DNA of 64,000 bases, taken from contig JBEKIG010000013.1 in assembly GCA_050011875.1 (NCBI GenBank), positions 1 to 64,000 on the forward strand, written 5' to 3'. Each line of letters begins with the position of its first letter. The first letter of the stretch is position 1. The notes under the pieces were generated by a model, which was not told the origin of the DNA, did no database searches, and saw nothing but the letters and a program-made list of their open reading frames with translations. The DNA is from Nitrososphaeria archaeon (GTDB lineage: Archaea > Thermoproteota > Nitrososphaeria > JACIWG01). Made by a program: the position numbers and the translations under genes. Positions 39,500-49,432 of this stretch are shown piece after piece.

Positions 39500-41483
39500 A
39501 TGACAGGTTGGATTCGTGAAGAGGAAAAAACTCTTATGTGGAAAATGAATCATGAAACGGTGCGCATACAGGCTTGGGGAGAAGACGGAATCAGAGTACG
39601 TGCAACTAAAACGCCTCAGATAAACGACTTGAATTATGCTCTCCTAGATATGCCAGCCTCTAAATCTCATATTGAAGTTGCTGATGATGTAGCAACTCTC
39701 GATAATGGTAAAATAAGGGCAGAAATTTCCATGAACGGCCTTATTCGTTTCTTTAAAGAAACCAATAAAGTTTTGTTAGAAGAGTATGCCTTTGGCCCTT
39801 ATTTATATCCTGCCAGACGTTACAAGGCTAGAAGTAGTGATCTATTTGAATTGCAAGTGGCGTTTAAAGCCTACGATGATGAACGGTTTTATGGCTTAGG
39901 TCAGCACCAACATGGTTTTCTCAATCAAAAGGGTTGTGTAATCGAACTCTCCCAACGTAATAGCGAGGTATCTATCCCATTCTTGCTTTCAAGCCGTGGT
40001 TACGGCTTTCTATGGAACAATCCAGCTATAGGGCGGGTTGAACTTGGAATGAGTAACACTAAATGGATTGCTGATGCCGCAAGGCAAATTGATTATTTCA
40101 TTACAACCGGTAATTCATTTGCGGAAATAATGAAAAAATATGGTGGATGCCACAGGCCATTCTCCAATGATTCCTGAATGGGCGGCTGGTTTCTGGCAGA
40201 GCAAGCTGCGTTATAAGACGCAAGATGAATTATTATCAGTAGCTCTCGAATATAAGCGTCGCGGTTTACCGCTATCCGTCATTGTCACAGATTTCTTTCA
40301 CTGGACTGTCCAAGGGGACTGGAAGTTTGACCCCGTCTCTTGGCCTGACCCCGCTAAAATGGTGCAAGAGCTGGAGGGGATGGGGGTTAAGCTCATGGTA
40401 TCAATTTGGCCTACTGTAAATGAAAATAGTGTCAACTATAAAGAGATGAATGAACGGGGACTGTTAGTTAGTACTGAACGAGGTGTTCGTGCCCTCCGTT
40501 CTTTCTTTGATAATAGACCGGAAGGACCAATTTACGTATACCTTTATGATCCAACCAATCCAAATGCTAGGAAATTCATATGGGAACAAGTCAAGCAAAA
40601 CTACTACCTGAATGGTGTTAGGGTCTGGTGGTTGGACTTATGCGAGCCTGAACTTGAAGATGCGCATGATTACGACAATTTGCGATACTTTCTTGGCAAC
40701 GGTCTAGAGGTTGGCTGCATTTATCCATTAATGCACGAGCAAGCGTTTTACGAGGGCATGAAGTCGGAGGGAGAAAATGAAATCATACTCCTATGCAGAT
40801 CAGCTTGGGCTGGAAGCCAACGTTATGCGGCTGCTGTCTGGTCAGGTGACATACAGTCTACTTTTGAAGCCTTGAGGACTCAGGTCAAGGTTGGAATGAA
40901 TATCGGCTTAAGTGGAATTGCATGGTGGACCACCGATATTGGAGGATTCTCTAATGGGGACATAAGAACTCCGTATTTCCGCGAGCTTATCGTACGTTGG
41001 TTCCAATTTGGTGTTTTCTGCCCAATATTCCGGTTGCATGGCTTTCGGGAACCAAAGACTTCGGAGCCGCTCAACCGAGTAACCGGCGCGCCAAACGAGG
41101 TTTGGTCTTTCGGTGAGGAAGCATACAAGATTATCAAGGAAATGCTCTTTCTTAGGGAGAGATTGCGACCATATATAATTGAACAGATGCGTCGTGCACA
41201 CTTAAATGGTACTCCAGTTATGCGACCTCTTTTCTTCGATTTCGCTGAGGATGAGTATTGTTGGTCTATAGAGGACGAGTTTCTGTTTGGCTCTGACCTC
41301 CTTGTAGCGCCAATATTAGAATATGGGGCAAGATGCCGTGACGTGTATTTGCCAGCTGGGACGACTTGGACTGATGCATGGACGGATGAGAAGATTGATG
41401 GCGGTAGACATATAAAAAGGGAAGTTCCGCTTGAAATAATTCCTCTTTATTTGAGAGGAAGCGCATCCTTGCCCATTAGGTAA
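39500..41483 (+). pseudogene. GH31 glycoside hydrolase (alpha-xylosidase-like), split by a 1 bp insertion near 40142
   Basis: YGLGQ, SIPF, FLWNN; then GFWQSKLRY, WWLD.CEP, WSGD, TDIGGF, R.HG; TATGGTGGAT restores Y-V-D-A-T-G if one G is removed. Confidence 0.85.
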
Positions 41484-41964
41484 ATCACCCACCCTAAATG
41501 AAAATTTCGTACTTTTGCGCTTTAGCGCATAGATGCTTTAGCATAATGGCTCGTTCATATCTTCTTAGCGGATTCCCTTCTAACAGTTTTAATAATGATT
41601 TTTTGATTTATTAGATAAGATACATTTTTGGTAATCTGCCAAACCTAGAAGGACAAGATACGCTGTTTTATTAGGAGTAAGGAAACTGCGAAGGGAATCG
41701 TTAGAAAGAAGAAATCACACAATCCATAACCATTATAAAACTTTAATAATTACAAGAATAGTTTTACAAAGTTGACACAGGTATAAGATTAACTAGATCC
41801 AAAGTTCTATTAAATGCATCATTGCTCAAAATCTAAAAATATTTTAAAATAATGGGATTTAAAATCTAAAATTATGTATTTGTGCACATGTTTTTAGCTT
41901 TCAAGTGCGAAGGAAAAACTCTAGCTAAAAACTTATATAAAAGAGATAGACATACTGACGACAT

Positions 41965-42924
41965 ATGAAACTGGCAGACCTGTCTACCGAGTTTACAATA
42001 ATCATAATGATCGTCGGGTGCGTTGCCGTTGTTACTTATATTGAACCTTCATTTTTTAGCTATGCCACATTTGTTGTTGTCGCATTTACATCTGCAGAGC
42101 TAGGTTTTATTGCGTTAGGCATATCACCCCTAATAGCAACAGGGGAAATAGACCTCTCTGCAGCAGCGGTTCTCACGCTTACTCTGTGGGTGTACGACGG
42201 TTTTGCCACGGGTTTAAGCTTTTCACTACCCTATGGCCTGATAGTACCTCTATTAGTCGCAATATCCATTGGCTTTATTCAAGGATACATTTGCTTAAAG
42301 ATGCGTATACCAGCCTTTATTGTAACCTTTGTGGGAATGATAGTATGGGAAGGGATAGAGGTAGCTATCACGGGTGGATACAATTCAGGTTATACGGGTA
42401 TTACCACTGGCTTGTTTTCAAAAGTCCTCAGTGGTTATATAGGAAAGGTTCCTCTTGAATTCGTATGGTTCGTCGTCTTGACGGCTATCTTTGCGGTCAT
42501 AATTACCAGGACCCCATTCGGTAGTCATGTGCTTGCTGTCGGAGGCAATGAGACAGTTGCCAGAAACCTAGGAGTTCGAGTCGATAGAACCAAGGTACTC
42601 TGCTTCATGATCTCTGCGTTGATGGCAGGTGTGACAGCTATCTTTTTCTTTAACCGCCAATTTTATGTATCGTCAACTGTGTATACCCAGGCTCCATTGT
42701 TCGCGATATGTGCTAGCGTAGTGGGTGGAAATAGGGCAGGGCATGCCAATATGGTAGGAGCAGCTTTAGCCTCGATACTCGTTATAATTATTCAAGAAGG
42801 AATGGTTATGGCTGGTGTACCTTCAACTTTGTACATGGCTGCGGTCGGTATAGTCCTTGTTATATTCGCGACCATTCACGTCAAGGCGCGAAAGTTCTCT
42901 TGGGCGATGGTGAGGAGAAAATGA
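41965..42924 (+). CDS. Monosaccharide ABC transporter permease (RbsC family)
   Basis: GEIDLS, IPAFIVT, FGSHVLAVGGN..A..LGV. Confidence 0.9.
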   Translation: MKLADLSTEFTIIIMIVGCVAVVTYIEPSFFSYATFVVVAFTSAELGFIALGISPLIATGEIDLSAAAVLTLTLWVYDGFATGLSFSLPYGLIVPLLVAISIGFIQGYICLKMRIPAFIVTFVGMIVWEGIEVAITGGYNSGYTGITTGLFSKVLSGYIGKVPLEFVWFVVLTAIFAVIITRTPFGSHVLAVGGNETVARNLGVRVDRTKVLCFMISALMAGVTAIFFFNRQFYVSSTVYTQAPLFAICASVVGGNRAGHANMVGAALASILVIIIQEGMVMAGVPSTLYMAAVGIVLVIFATIHVKARKFSWAMVRRK

Positions 42925-43913
42925 AAATCCGTGATTTTCTGTTATCACCTGAAGTCAGAATAACCATAGCCGCGGTGGCGATATTTATAGCGTTTGGATT
43001 GCTTAACTCAAAATTTTTCACACAATTTGTATGGAGGGGAATTTTAACGGATGGAGCAGACCTCAGTTTCCTAATACTTGGTGAAAGTCTTGTTATAACA
43101 TCTGGTGAGATAGATCTTTCAGTGGCCTCAACGTGGGCTTTAACTGCATACATTTTCCAATTCTTCACAAATCCTACTGTAATGGGGGGTTTGGCTTTAG
43201 ATCCAAATCTTGTTGCGGTAGCGGTTTTGTGTCTAGGTATCGGAATAGGTGCTGCCAACGGCGTTGTCTCAGTTAAGAGTGGTGTCCCTTCCTTCCTTGT
43301 AACCTTGGCTTCGTTGTGGATAGTAAGGAGCGTAGTATTTATCATAAGTCCGGGTACCTATAGTTATTTGCATGTTACTAACACAGTGTTTGATAAAACC
43401 TTGAAAGGTTACGTAGGAGTGTTCCCTTATGAATTCATATGGTTCATCGTCCTCACAGCGATCTTTTTATTCATACTTACTAGGACTAAATTTGGTGGTC
43501 ACGTGCTTGCTGTCGGAGGCAATCGGACAGTTGCCAGAAACCTAGGAGTTCGAGTCGATAGAACCAAGATACTCTGCTTCATAATCTGTGGTTTCATGGC
43601 AGCTCTAGGGGGAATAGCGTTTATAACAACGTACGGGGTGATGCAGCCTGTCTCTGGTATGGAAGCGGAGTTCGGAGCTGGTTTGGAGTTCGAAGCAATA
43701 GCTGTATGCATGATGAGCGGTATGTCGCCTTGGGGTGGACGAACAAGCATTATTGCGGTGTTCATCGCAACCGTTGCATATTCATCGTTCAAGGATGGGC
43801 TGGTACTTTCTGGGCTGCCAGGCTATTGGTATCTCCCATGTGTGGGAATCATGGTTTTCGTCCTCGTTGGCTTGCATTTGATTGGAAGGAGAAGAATAAT
43901 TAAGCAACAGTGA
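42900..43913 (+). CDS. Monosaccharide ABC transporter permease (RbsC family; start probably 42921)
   Basis: GEIDLSV, VPSFLVTL, FGGHVLAVGGN, LEFEAIA. Confidence 0.9.
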   Translation: MGDGEEKMKIRDFLLSPEVRITIAAVAIFIAFGLLNSKFFTQFVWRGILTDGADLSFLILGESLVITSGEIDLSVASTWALTAYIFQFFTNPTVMGGLALDPNLVAVAVLCLGIGIGAANGVVSVKSGVPSFLVTLASLWIVRSVVFIISPGTYSYLHVTNTVFDKTLKGYVGVFPYEFIWFIVLTAIFLFILTRTKFGGHVLAVGGNRTVARNLGVRVDRTKILCFIICGFMAALGGIAFITTYGVMQPVSGMEAEFGAGLEFEAIAVCMMSGMSPWGGRTSIIAVFIATVAYSSFKDGLVLSGLPGYWYLPCVGIMVFVLVGLHLIGRRRIIKQQ

Positions 43914-43991
43914 AAGTGAAGTACAAAGACAGACGATGTCTAAGGTGCAACGCCAAAATCCCTATTTTTACAATAATATAGTATAGAATTG

Positions 43992-44108
43992 TTATTTAAA
44001 TATTAAAAGGATCTTACCTGATTTAGTAGTTTGGAAAAGTTTCATGGCCTCTGGTCCTTCTTCAAAAGGAAACCTATGCGTTATCACCTTTTCTAGTTTA
44101 ATATTATG
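43992..44108 (-). pseudogene. C-terminal fragment of a zinc-binding (sorbitol/threonine-type) alcohol dehydrogenase
   Basis: Own translation HNIKLEKVITHRFPFEEGPEAMKLFQTTKSGKILLIFK*. Confidence 0.65.
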
Positions 44109-44371
44109 CCTTTAGACCTTGAAAAAGAGATAATGTCTCATAACACATCTCCACCACTTCTATTTAGGGCTGTAAATAAGAAAAAATACATTTGAGTGGA
44201 TAATTGTTAATACTTTTCTATTAAAAATCCCCAAATCTGCTTTACAGTGGAAACAATAAAAAAGAATAAAGGTGATGATGCAAACCTATTAATATTTTTT
44301 ATTTTAATGATATAGAATTATTATAATTATATGTTATAACTTTATATAAGACCGGATTTACATAAACAGGT

Positions 44372-45610
44372 ATGAGTCAAGAACCTAAAAAGGTAGAAAG
44401 AAGGAATTTTCTTAACTACGCAGTTGCTATCATAGCAACAGGAGTTGTAGTTGGCGCTGGTGTATACCTGCTAAAGCCATCTGTTACTTCAACAGTTACT
44501 TCATCAACTACTTCAACTGTCGCCGGACCTACGACTACTGTCACTGGACCTACGACTACTGTCTCCGGAGCTGGTGGTACTTCAACAGTTACCACAACTG
44601 TAAGCGGTGCTGGCGGAGGAACAACGACAGTTCCAACGACGATTACTGCAACTATCGGCACAGCAACAGCGACAGCAAATACGTATACAATCTGGATGGC
44701 CGACCATGGAGAGGTTGGCAGCTCGTTCTGGGCACCCTGCTACAAAGGAGTACAAGATGCTATCAATCAGTTAGCAATGTCCGGAAATGCAACGATAAAC
44801 TTTAAGCATACCTACACCAATGAGGATTACGCAGCAGAGGCTACCGACCTTCAGGAGGCGGTTGCGTCTAAACCTGATGGCATTCTGATGACAGTTCCAA
44901 GTGATCCTACGTTACTTGATGCGACAGTCAGAGCGGGCGTCGCTGCAGGTATACCATTCATAGATCTCAACGCTAATGACCCAAGACCTCTTAACCAGCA
45001 GATGCCTTATCTATACTACGTTGGCGAAAATTCTACAGAATCTGGTGTCGCACTGGCGATGGACCTACCAAGATGGATCAAAGCAAATAGTAGTTTCACG
45101 CCTTCGAACTTTCTGTTATGCAATCCGGTGGCTGGGCATGTTATCTGGGAAGCAAGGTTGCAAGAGTACGCGACATTCATGACATCACAATATCCTGGTT
45201 GTACTGTCAATACTGTAGTAACTGGAACAGATACAACGAAGGTTCCAGGCATAATGACGTCGTTTTTGACACAGTACCCCAAAACAGACATGATAGTTAT
45301 GTCTGGTGGGTCAGTCGATGTCCTATGGCCGGTACTTACCGCAGCAGGAAAAACACCTGGTCCTAAGGGCAATATGTTGGTAGCAGCTTTCGATCCAACC
45401 ACGACATGTATGACACACATGAGCGACTTATCGATGGCCAACTGCTTCGATCAGCAACAGTACCTACAAGGATGGATACCTATGTGGGGGATATTCATGG
45501 ATATTAGACATTCATTTGCACTTTACGGGACAGTTGCTACAGGGCCTTTCATAATAAACGAGCTCAACGTCGCTACCGTAATGAAGAGCTCAACAGAAGG
45601 CTTCAGATAG
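44372..45610 (+). CDS. Sugar ABC transporter substrate-binding protein (RbsB-like) with Tat-like anchor and Thr-rich linker
   Basis: ERRNFL + TM, Thr-rich linker, SSFW...KG, KPDGI, GIPFI..N, DQQQYLQG, TGP.II. Confidence 0.85.
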   Translation: MSQEPKKVERRNFLNYAVAIIATGVVVGAGVYLLKPSVTSTVTSSTTSTVAGPTTTVTGPTTTVSGAGGTSTVTTTVSGAGGGTTTVPTTITATIGTATATANTYTIWMADHGEVGSSFWAPCYKGVQDAINQLAMSGNATINFKHTYTNEDYAAEATDLQEAVASKPDGILMTVPSDPTLLDATVRAGVAAGIPFIDLNANDPRPLNQQMPYLYYVGENSTESGVALAMDLPRWIKANSSFTPSNFLLCNPVAGHVIWEARLQEYATFMTSQYPGCTVNTVVTGTDTTKVPGIMTSFLTQYPKTDMIVMSGGSVDVLWPVLTAAGKTPGPKGNMLVAAFDPTTTCMTHMSDLSMANCFDQQQYLQGWIPMWGIFMDIRHSFALYGTVATGPFIINELNVATVMKSSTEGFR

Positions 45611-45629
45611 ATTAGGGTTTCCTTCCCCC

Positions 45630-45683
45630 TTTCTTTTTTTTGTAATAAGACTATTTTGAATTTTATAATAAGACTGTTTTGAA
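45630..45683 (+). terminator. T-tract terminator followed by an 18 bp imperfect direct repeat TAATAAGACT(A/G)TTTTGAA
   Basis: TTTCTTTTTTTT after the SBP stop; repeat copies at 45643-45660 and 45666-45683. Confidence 0.45.
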
Positions 45684-45709
45684 TAGACCAATGTCGCTTC
45701 CGTTATGAA

Positions 45710-46162
45710 CTAGGTTCCACTTGAAGTCACATTTAATGTGACAGTTCTCTCGGCAAGACCTAGGCCGATTGCATCTAGGAACTCGAAGGTAAGTTGAACT
45801 TGGGATAATCCAGAAAATGGTTCCTGTACCGAAAGGGTGCAGTTTCCGGTGCCTGGAGTCAGCATATTAACCGTCACCTTAGTGTATGGTCCGAACAGAC
45901 CGACCTGACCTGTGGTAATATATGCTTGGGCGGTGGTGATTAGGTTTTTGCTAACAGAAGAATAATATACAGTTATATTAAAAGTGGATTGAGCTTTGAC
46001 TGTCGAAGGGTACGACATACTGATTATCGTTACATGTGTTGCCAAGTCATCGTTTGTAATTACAACGGCCAGCACTATGACAATCATGCAGAGCACAAGG
46101 GCGACCTCATACCCTCTTTTCTTGATTTTAGCTGACCACATCTTTCCCAGCACTTCCAACAT
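45710..46162 (-). CDS. Membrane-anchored Ig-like surface protein
   Basis: TM, then YPSTV..FNITV beta-rich domain; directly follows the ABC ATPase. Confidence 0.6.
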   Translation of the reverse strand: MLEVLGKMWSAKIKKRGYEVALVLCMIVIVLAVVITNDDLATHVTIISMSYPSTVKAQSTFNITVYYSSVSKNLITTAQAYITTGQVGLFGPYTKVTVNMLTPGTGNCTLSVQEPFSGLSQVQLTFEFLDAIGLGLAERTVTLNVTSSGT

Positions 46163-46164
46163 TC

Positions 46165-46938
46165 TTAATGGGATCCTTCTTGTAATTTCGCTTTTCTAAG
46201 CATATTTGTAATGTCCTCCGGTGTTAGATCGGGTCTCTCCTTCTTGCTTAAAGATATGACCTTTACCCCTCTGTCCAAGATCTCAAATCTGTCTGCAATA
46301 GAAAATGCTTCATAAATATTATGTGTGATATATATGAACGATATATTATGTTCCTTAAAGTTATTCAATGTCTCGGTGACTTTATCTCGTTCGACGACGG
46401 AAAGGGCCGTTAAAGGCTCATCAAGAAATAAGAGCTTAATGCCAAAGTAGTTAGCCCTAGCCATGGCTATCGACTGCCTCTCCCCCCCAGACATGACGCC
46501 TATTTCTTCATCTGACGACCTTAACCCTATTCCGATAGCCCCTATTCTGGATAATGTTTCATCGCGCATCGCACCAACACGTAGCAACTTGAAGGGCCCC
46601 CATCCTCTAGTCCGTTCCTTCGCCAGAAAGAAATTTCTCCAAACGTTCATCGAATCTACTAAGTTCGCGTCTTGGTAAACAATATCTATTCCTGCTCCTC
46701 TCGCATCTGCAGGGGAAGCGAAAGAGACCTCTTTTCCCTCAAAGTATATCTTTCCTTCGTTTATTGGGTGAACACCAACAATACATTTTATCAGTGTTGA
46801 CTTTCCAGCGCCGTTGTCACCAAGCAATGCTACACATTCATTGTAGCCTACTTGCAGATCTACTTTTTTTAAAGCATCAACACTTCCAAACCTTTTAGTA
46901 ATACCTTGTGCATCCAAAAGCCATTTTTCTTGAGTCAT
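46165..46938 (-). CDS. Sugar ABC transporter ATP-binding protein
   Basis: GDNGAGKST, VYQD, MSGGERQ, LFLDEP, ITHN. Confidence 0.95.
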   Translation of the reverse strand: MTQEKWLLDAQGITKRFGSVDALKKVDLQVGYNECVALLGDNGAGKSTLIKCIVGVHPINEGKIYFEGKEVSFASPADARGAGIDIVYQDANLVDSMNVWRNFFLAKERTRGWGPFKLLRVGAMRDETLSRIGAIGIGLRSSDEEIGVMSGGERQSIAMARANYFGIKLLFLDEPLTALSVVERDKVTETLNNFKEHNISFIYITHNIYEAFSIADRFEILDRGVKVISLSKKERPDLTPEDITNMLRKAKLQEGSH

Positions 46939-47217
46939 CGACCTTGAGATAATTATGTTCTTCTATTTAAATTTTAAAAAAATACTATATGAAACAATAA
47001 ATATAATTCTCAAATAAATCAAGCCTTTCTCAGTTTAACATAGAACAATAGTGAAATACTGTTCATGGAGAAATCATCGATGTCAAAGCGGATTTCTCTG
47101 TCTTAAACAGCAGATGACTTTAGGGTTAATATGTGACATCTTCCTAAGCTTTTAGTTCTAAAAGATTGTGTTTGAAAACCAAATACTTCTTAATTCTATC
47201 TTCTATAAACTATTGTC

Positions 47218-47388
47218 TTACAATTCCTCTACAATTATCTTTTTTTCTTTCGTAAAACTTACCTTCACCTTGATAGATGAATGCAAATGGAATGGAAAGC
47301 CCGTGTCTTCTACCAGATTCTTTGGCAGGTACAGGAAGTACTTTCCATCATTTCTCCTGGAAATGCTCCCGACACTCTTGTCCACCAT
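47218..47388 (-). CDS. 56 aa AbrB/MazE-like swapped-hairpin protein (not in the ORF track)
   Basis: Own translation MVDKSVGSISRRNDGKYFLYLPKNLVEDTGFPFHLHSSIKVKVSFTKEKKIIVEEL*; TATA-like TTTATAA about 40 bp upstream. Confidence 0.65.
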   Translation of the reverse strand: MVDKSVGSISRRNDGKYFLYLPKNLVEDTGFPFHLHSSIKVKVSFTKEKKIIVEEL

Positions 47389-47599
47389 TTTAACTCATTT
47401 TTAATTCACAGGGTTCGAATAACCCCATTATAAATATTTGCTAATTAAAATATTTTTTAATACGCGGTTTATCGAACACCTTGCCGATGACTGGTTTTGG
47501 AAAAGGCCTTATGTCAATTATTTTCAAATTTCAAAACTTTGGTCCCCTTGAAATATAAATTCTCTTATGAGCGTTTGCGGAAATAGTTGAACCCTGATT

Positions 47600-48466
47600 A
47601 TGATAAATGTATTTTTAGATTCCTCCATATATCTTGACCAGTTCTTTTTCTTGCTGGAAGAATTGATGACTGATTCTTGTACGAATCGACCCAAAATGTT
47701 TAAAAGAATCTCAAGTCATAATTCGAATATGGATGAAAGAAAAAGTAAAGTCAAAGAAATTACCGAAATGTCAAATGTTGAAATAATGAAGGAACTCAGG
47801 AAGTTTGACACTGCCACCATCTGTAACGTCGTTGCAACCTATCCAGAAAATGATATCTGTCTGAAACTATACGATGCATGGTACGGGGAATATTATACAA
47901 ACCAGAGCTTGCGTTGTATATATCCTGAGCTTGGTCCCCTCTGTGGTTACGCCGCAACCGCCTGGTACTCTGAATGGTCTGAAAATTATACAAAGTTTGA
48001 TGATTGGGTGTTGTACGATCATGTAAATCTGACCAAGAAGCCTACAATTCTTGTTACAAAACAGACATATCCTTCAGGACTTGTCGGTGGTGGTCTTTTC
48101 GGAGGCAACTTTACGACCCAACTGAAATTTTTGGGTGTTGTCGGCGTTTTGACCGATGGGCCGATGAGGGACTACGAAGAGATTAAACCTATGAAATTCC
48201 AGTACTTGGCATCCGGGCTTACTTCGGGGCACGGCCCTTGGAGTTTGAGGGGAGTGAATATACCGGTTACAGTTGCTGGGATGTCAGTCCAGCCAGGCGA
48301 CATAATACACATGGACGTCTGTGGTGCAGTAAAGTTCCCAGAAAAGTACCTACCAAAGGTACTAGAATATGCAAATGAGCTAATAAAACGTGAAAGCAAG
48401 CATCAAGGCAGATTTCACGATCTGGACTTCACATACGAAAAATGGAAGAGTAGTGGCAAGCAGTAA
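47600..48466 (+). CDS. RraA / HMG-aldolase family protein (true start probably 47729 or 47768)
   Basis: FDTATICN, GYAAT, FGG.F, G.LTDG..RD, V.PGDIIH.D..G. Confidence 0.85.
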   Translation: MINVFLDSSIYLDQFFFLLEELMTDSCTNRPKMFKRISSHNSNMDERKSKVKEITEMSNVEIMKELRKFDTATICNVVATYPENDICLKLYDAWYGEYYTNQSLRCIYPELGPLCGYAATAWYSEWSENYTKFDDWVLYDHVNLTKKPTILVTKQTYPSGLVGGGLFGGNFTTQLKFLGVVGVLTDGPMRDYEEIKPMKFQYLASGLTSGHGPWSLRGVNIPVTVAGMSVQPGDIIHMDVCGAVKFPEKYLPKVLEYANELIKRESKHQGRFHDLDFTYEKWKSSGKQ

Positions 48467-48499
48467 TACAGACAAGCAAAAAAAGCGATACATTTATTA

Positions 48500-48517
48500 A
48501 TATATCATTAGATATAT
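48500..48517. promoter_or_regulatory. Palindrome ATATATC-N4-GATATAT, candidate PadR autoregulatory operator
   Basis: ATATATCATTAGATATAT just upstream of the PadR start. Confidence 0.5.
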
Positions 48518-48530
48518 TTAACGATATAAT

Positions 48531-49043
48531 ATGTGCGGATTTAGATATGGATGTTCAGACGATATGAGAGGTTTCGGAGGAAGACACATGCACTTGAAAG
48601 GGGCGTTTGGGGTCAGGAGGGGCGATTTCCGTTTCCTTGTCTTGATGGCTCTGTCAGAAAAGCCGATGCACGGATACGCCCTTATTCAAGAGATAGGAAG
48701 GGAACATCAGCGACCTGTAAGCGCAGGGCTAGTCTATCCTACACTTCAGGAGCTTGAGGATCTGGGATATATTGTTTCCGAAGAAAGGGAAGGAAAGAAG
48801 ATCTACTCGTTGACTTCTGAAGGCAGGAAGTACCTTGAAGATAAGAAGGATATAGTTGAAAGGATTAGGGCTGGGAAGGAGTACACCGAAAGGATGGGCA
48901 TATTCGCTTTCGTGAAAGATGTGAGGGACATCCAATCGATGATCTTCCAAAATGAGGAATACGTTGACGAAGAAAAGATGAACAAGATACATGAGATACT
49001 AGCGGAATCCAAGAAGAAGGTCGCTTCTGTAATCTTTGAATAG
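48531..49043 (+). CDS. PadR family transcription regulator
   Basis: RGD.R.LVL..L.EKPMHGY.LI, SAG.VYPTLQ.LED, KKIYSLT.EG. Confidence 0.95.
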   Translation: MCGFRYGCSDDMRGFGGRHMHLKGAFGVRRGDFRFLVLMALSEKPMHGYALIQEIGREHQRPVSAGLVYPTLQELEDLGYIVSEEREGKKIYSLTSEGRKYLEDKKDIVERIRAGKEYTERMGIFAFVKDVRDIQSMIFQNEEYVDEEKMNKIHEILAESKKKVASVIFE

Positions 49044-49054
49044 GGGAATGTCTA

Positions 49055-49123
49055 ATGAAGGTAGCCGTAGTCGCAGACGACGGGAAGACTATATTGTCAC
49101 ATTCTTCAGGCAACACTTCCTAA
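49055..49123 (+). pseudogene. N-terminal fragment of a NifB/NifX-family (FeMo-cofactor-binding-like) protein
   Basis: Own translation MKVAVVADDGKTILSH then diverges; family N-terminus recalled as MKIAV..DDG.TIS.HFG. Confidence 0.55.
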
Positions 49124-49432
49124 TAATTCTGAAAAAGACGTTAACGTTATCGTCGGTTTATGACTGAGGCAGGATATACTTGAATGTTTACAATTAACTC
49201 TAAAGCGTCTGTTACAACTTTAATAGTTAAAGATAGCCTGCTGGGCCATAACCTGGTAATCACCCTCTACAACAACTGTCATAAAAATGTAATAGAATCG
49301 CAGAAAAGGAAATGGACCTTTTTTACAATTTTAATAAAATTGGTGTGTAAATGGGTGATATGGAATGGTGAGCAGGAAAGACAGCGAGAAAGAAGGCCCA
49401 ATTTTCGAATATGATCGTAGTTCATCAGAAAC

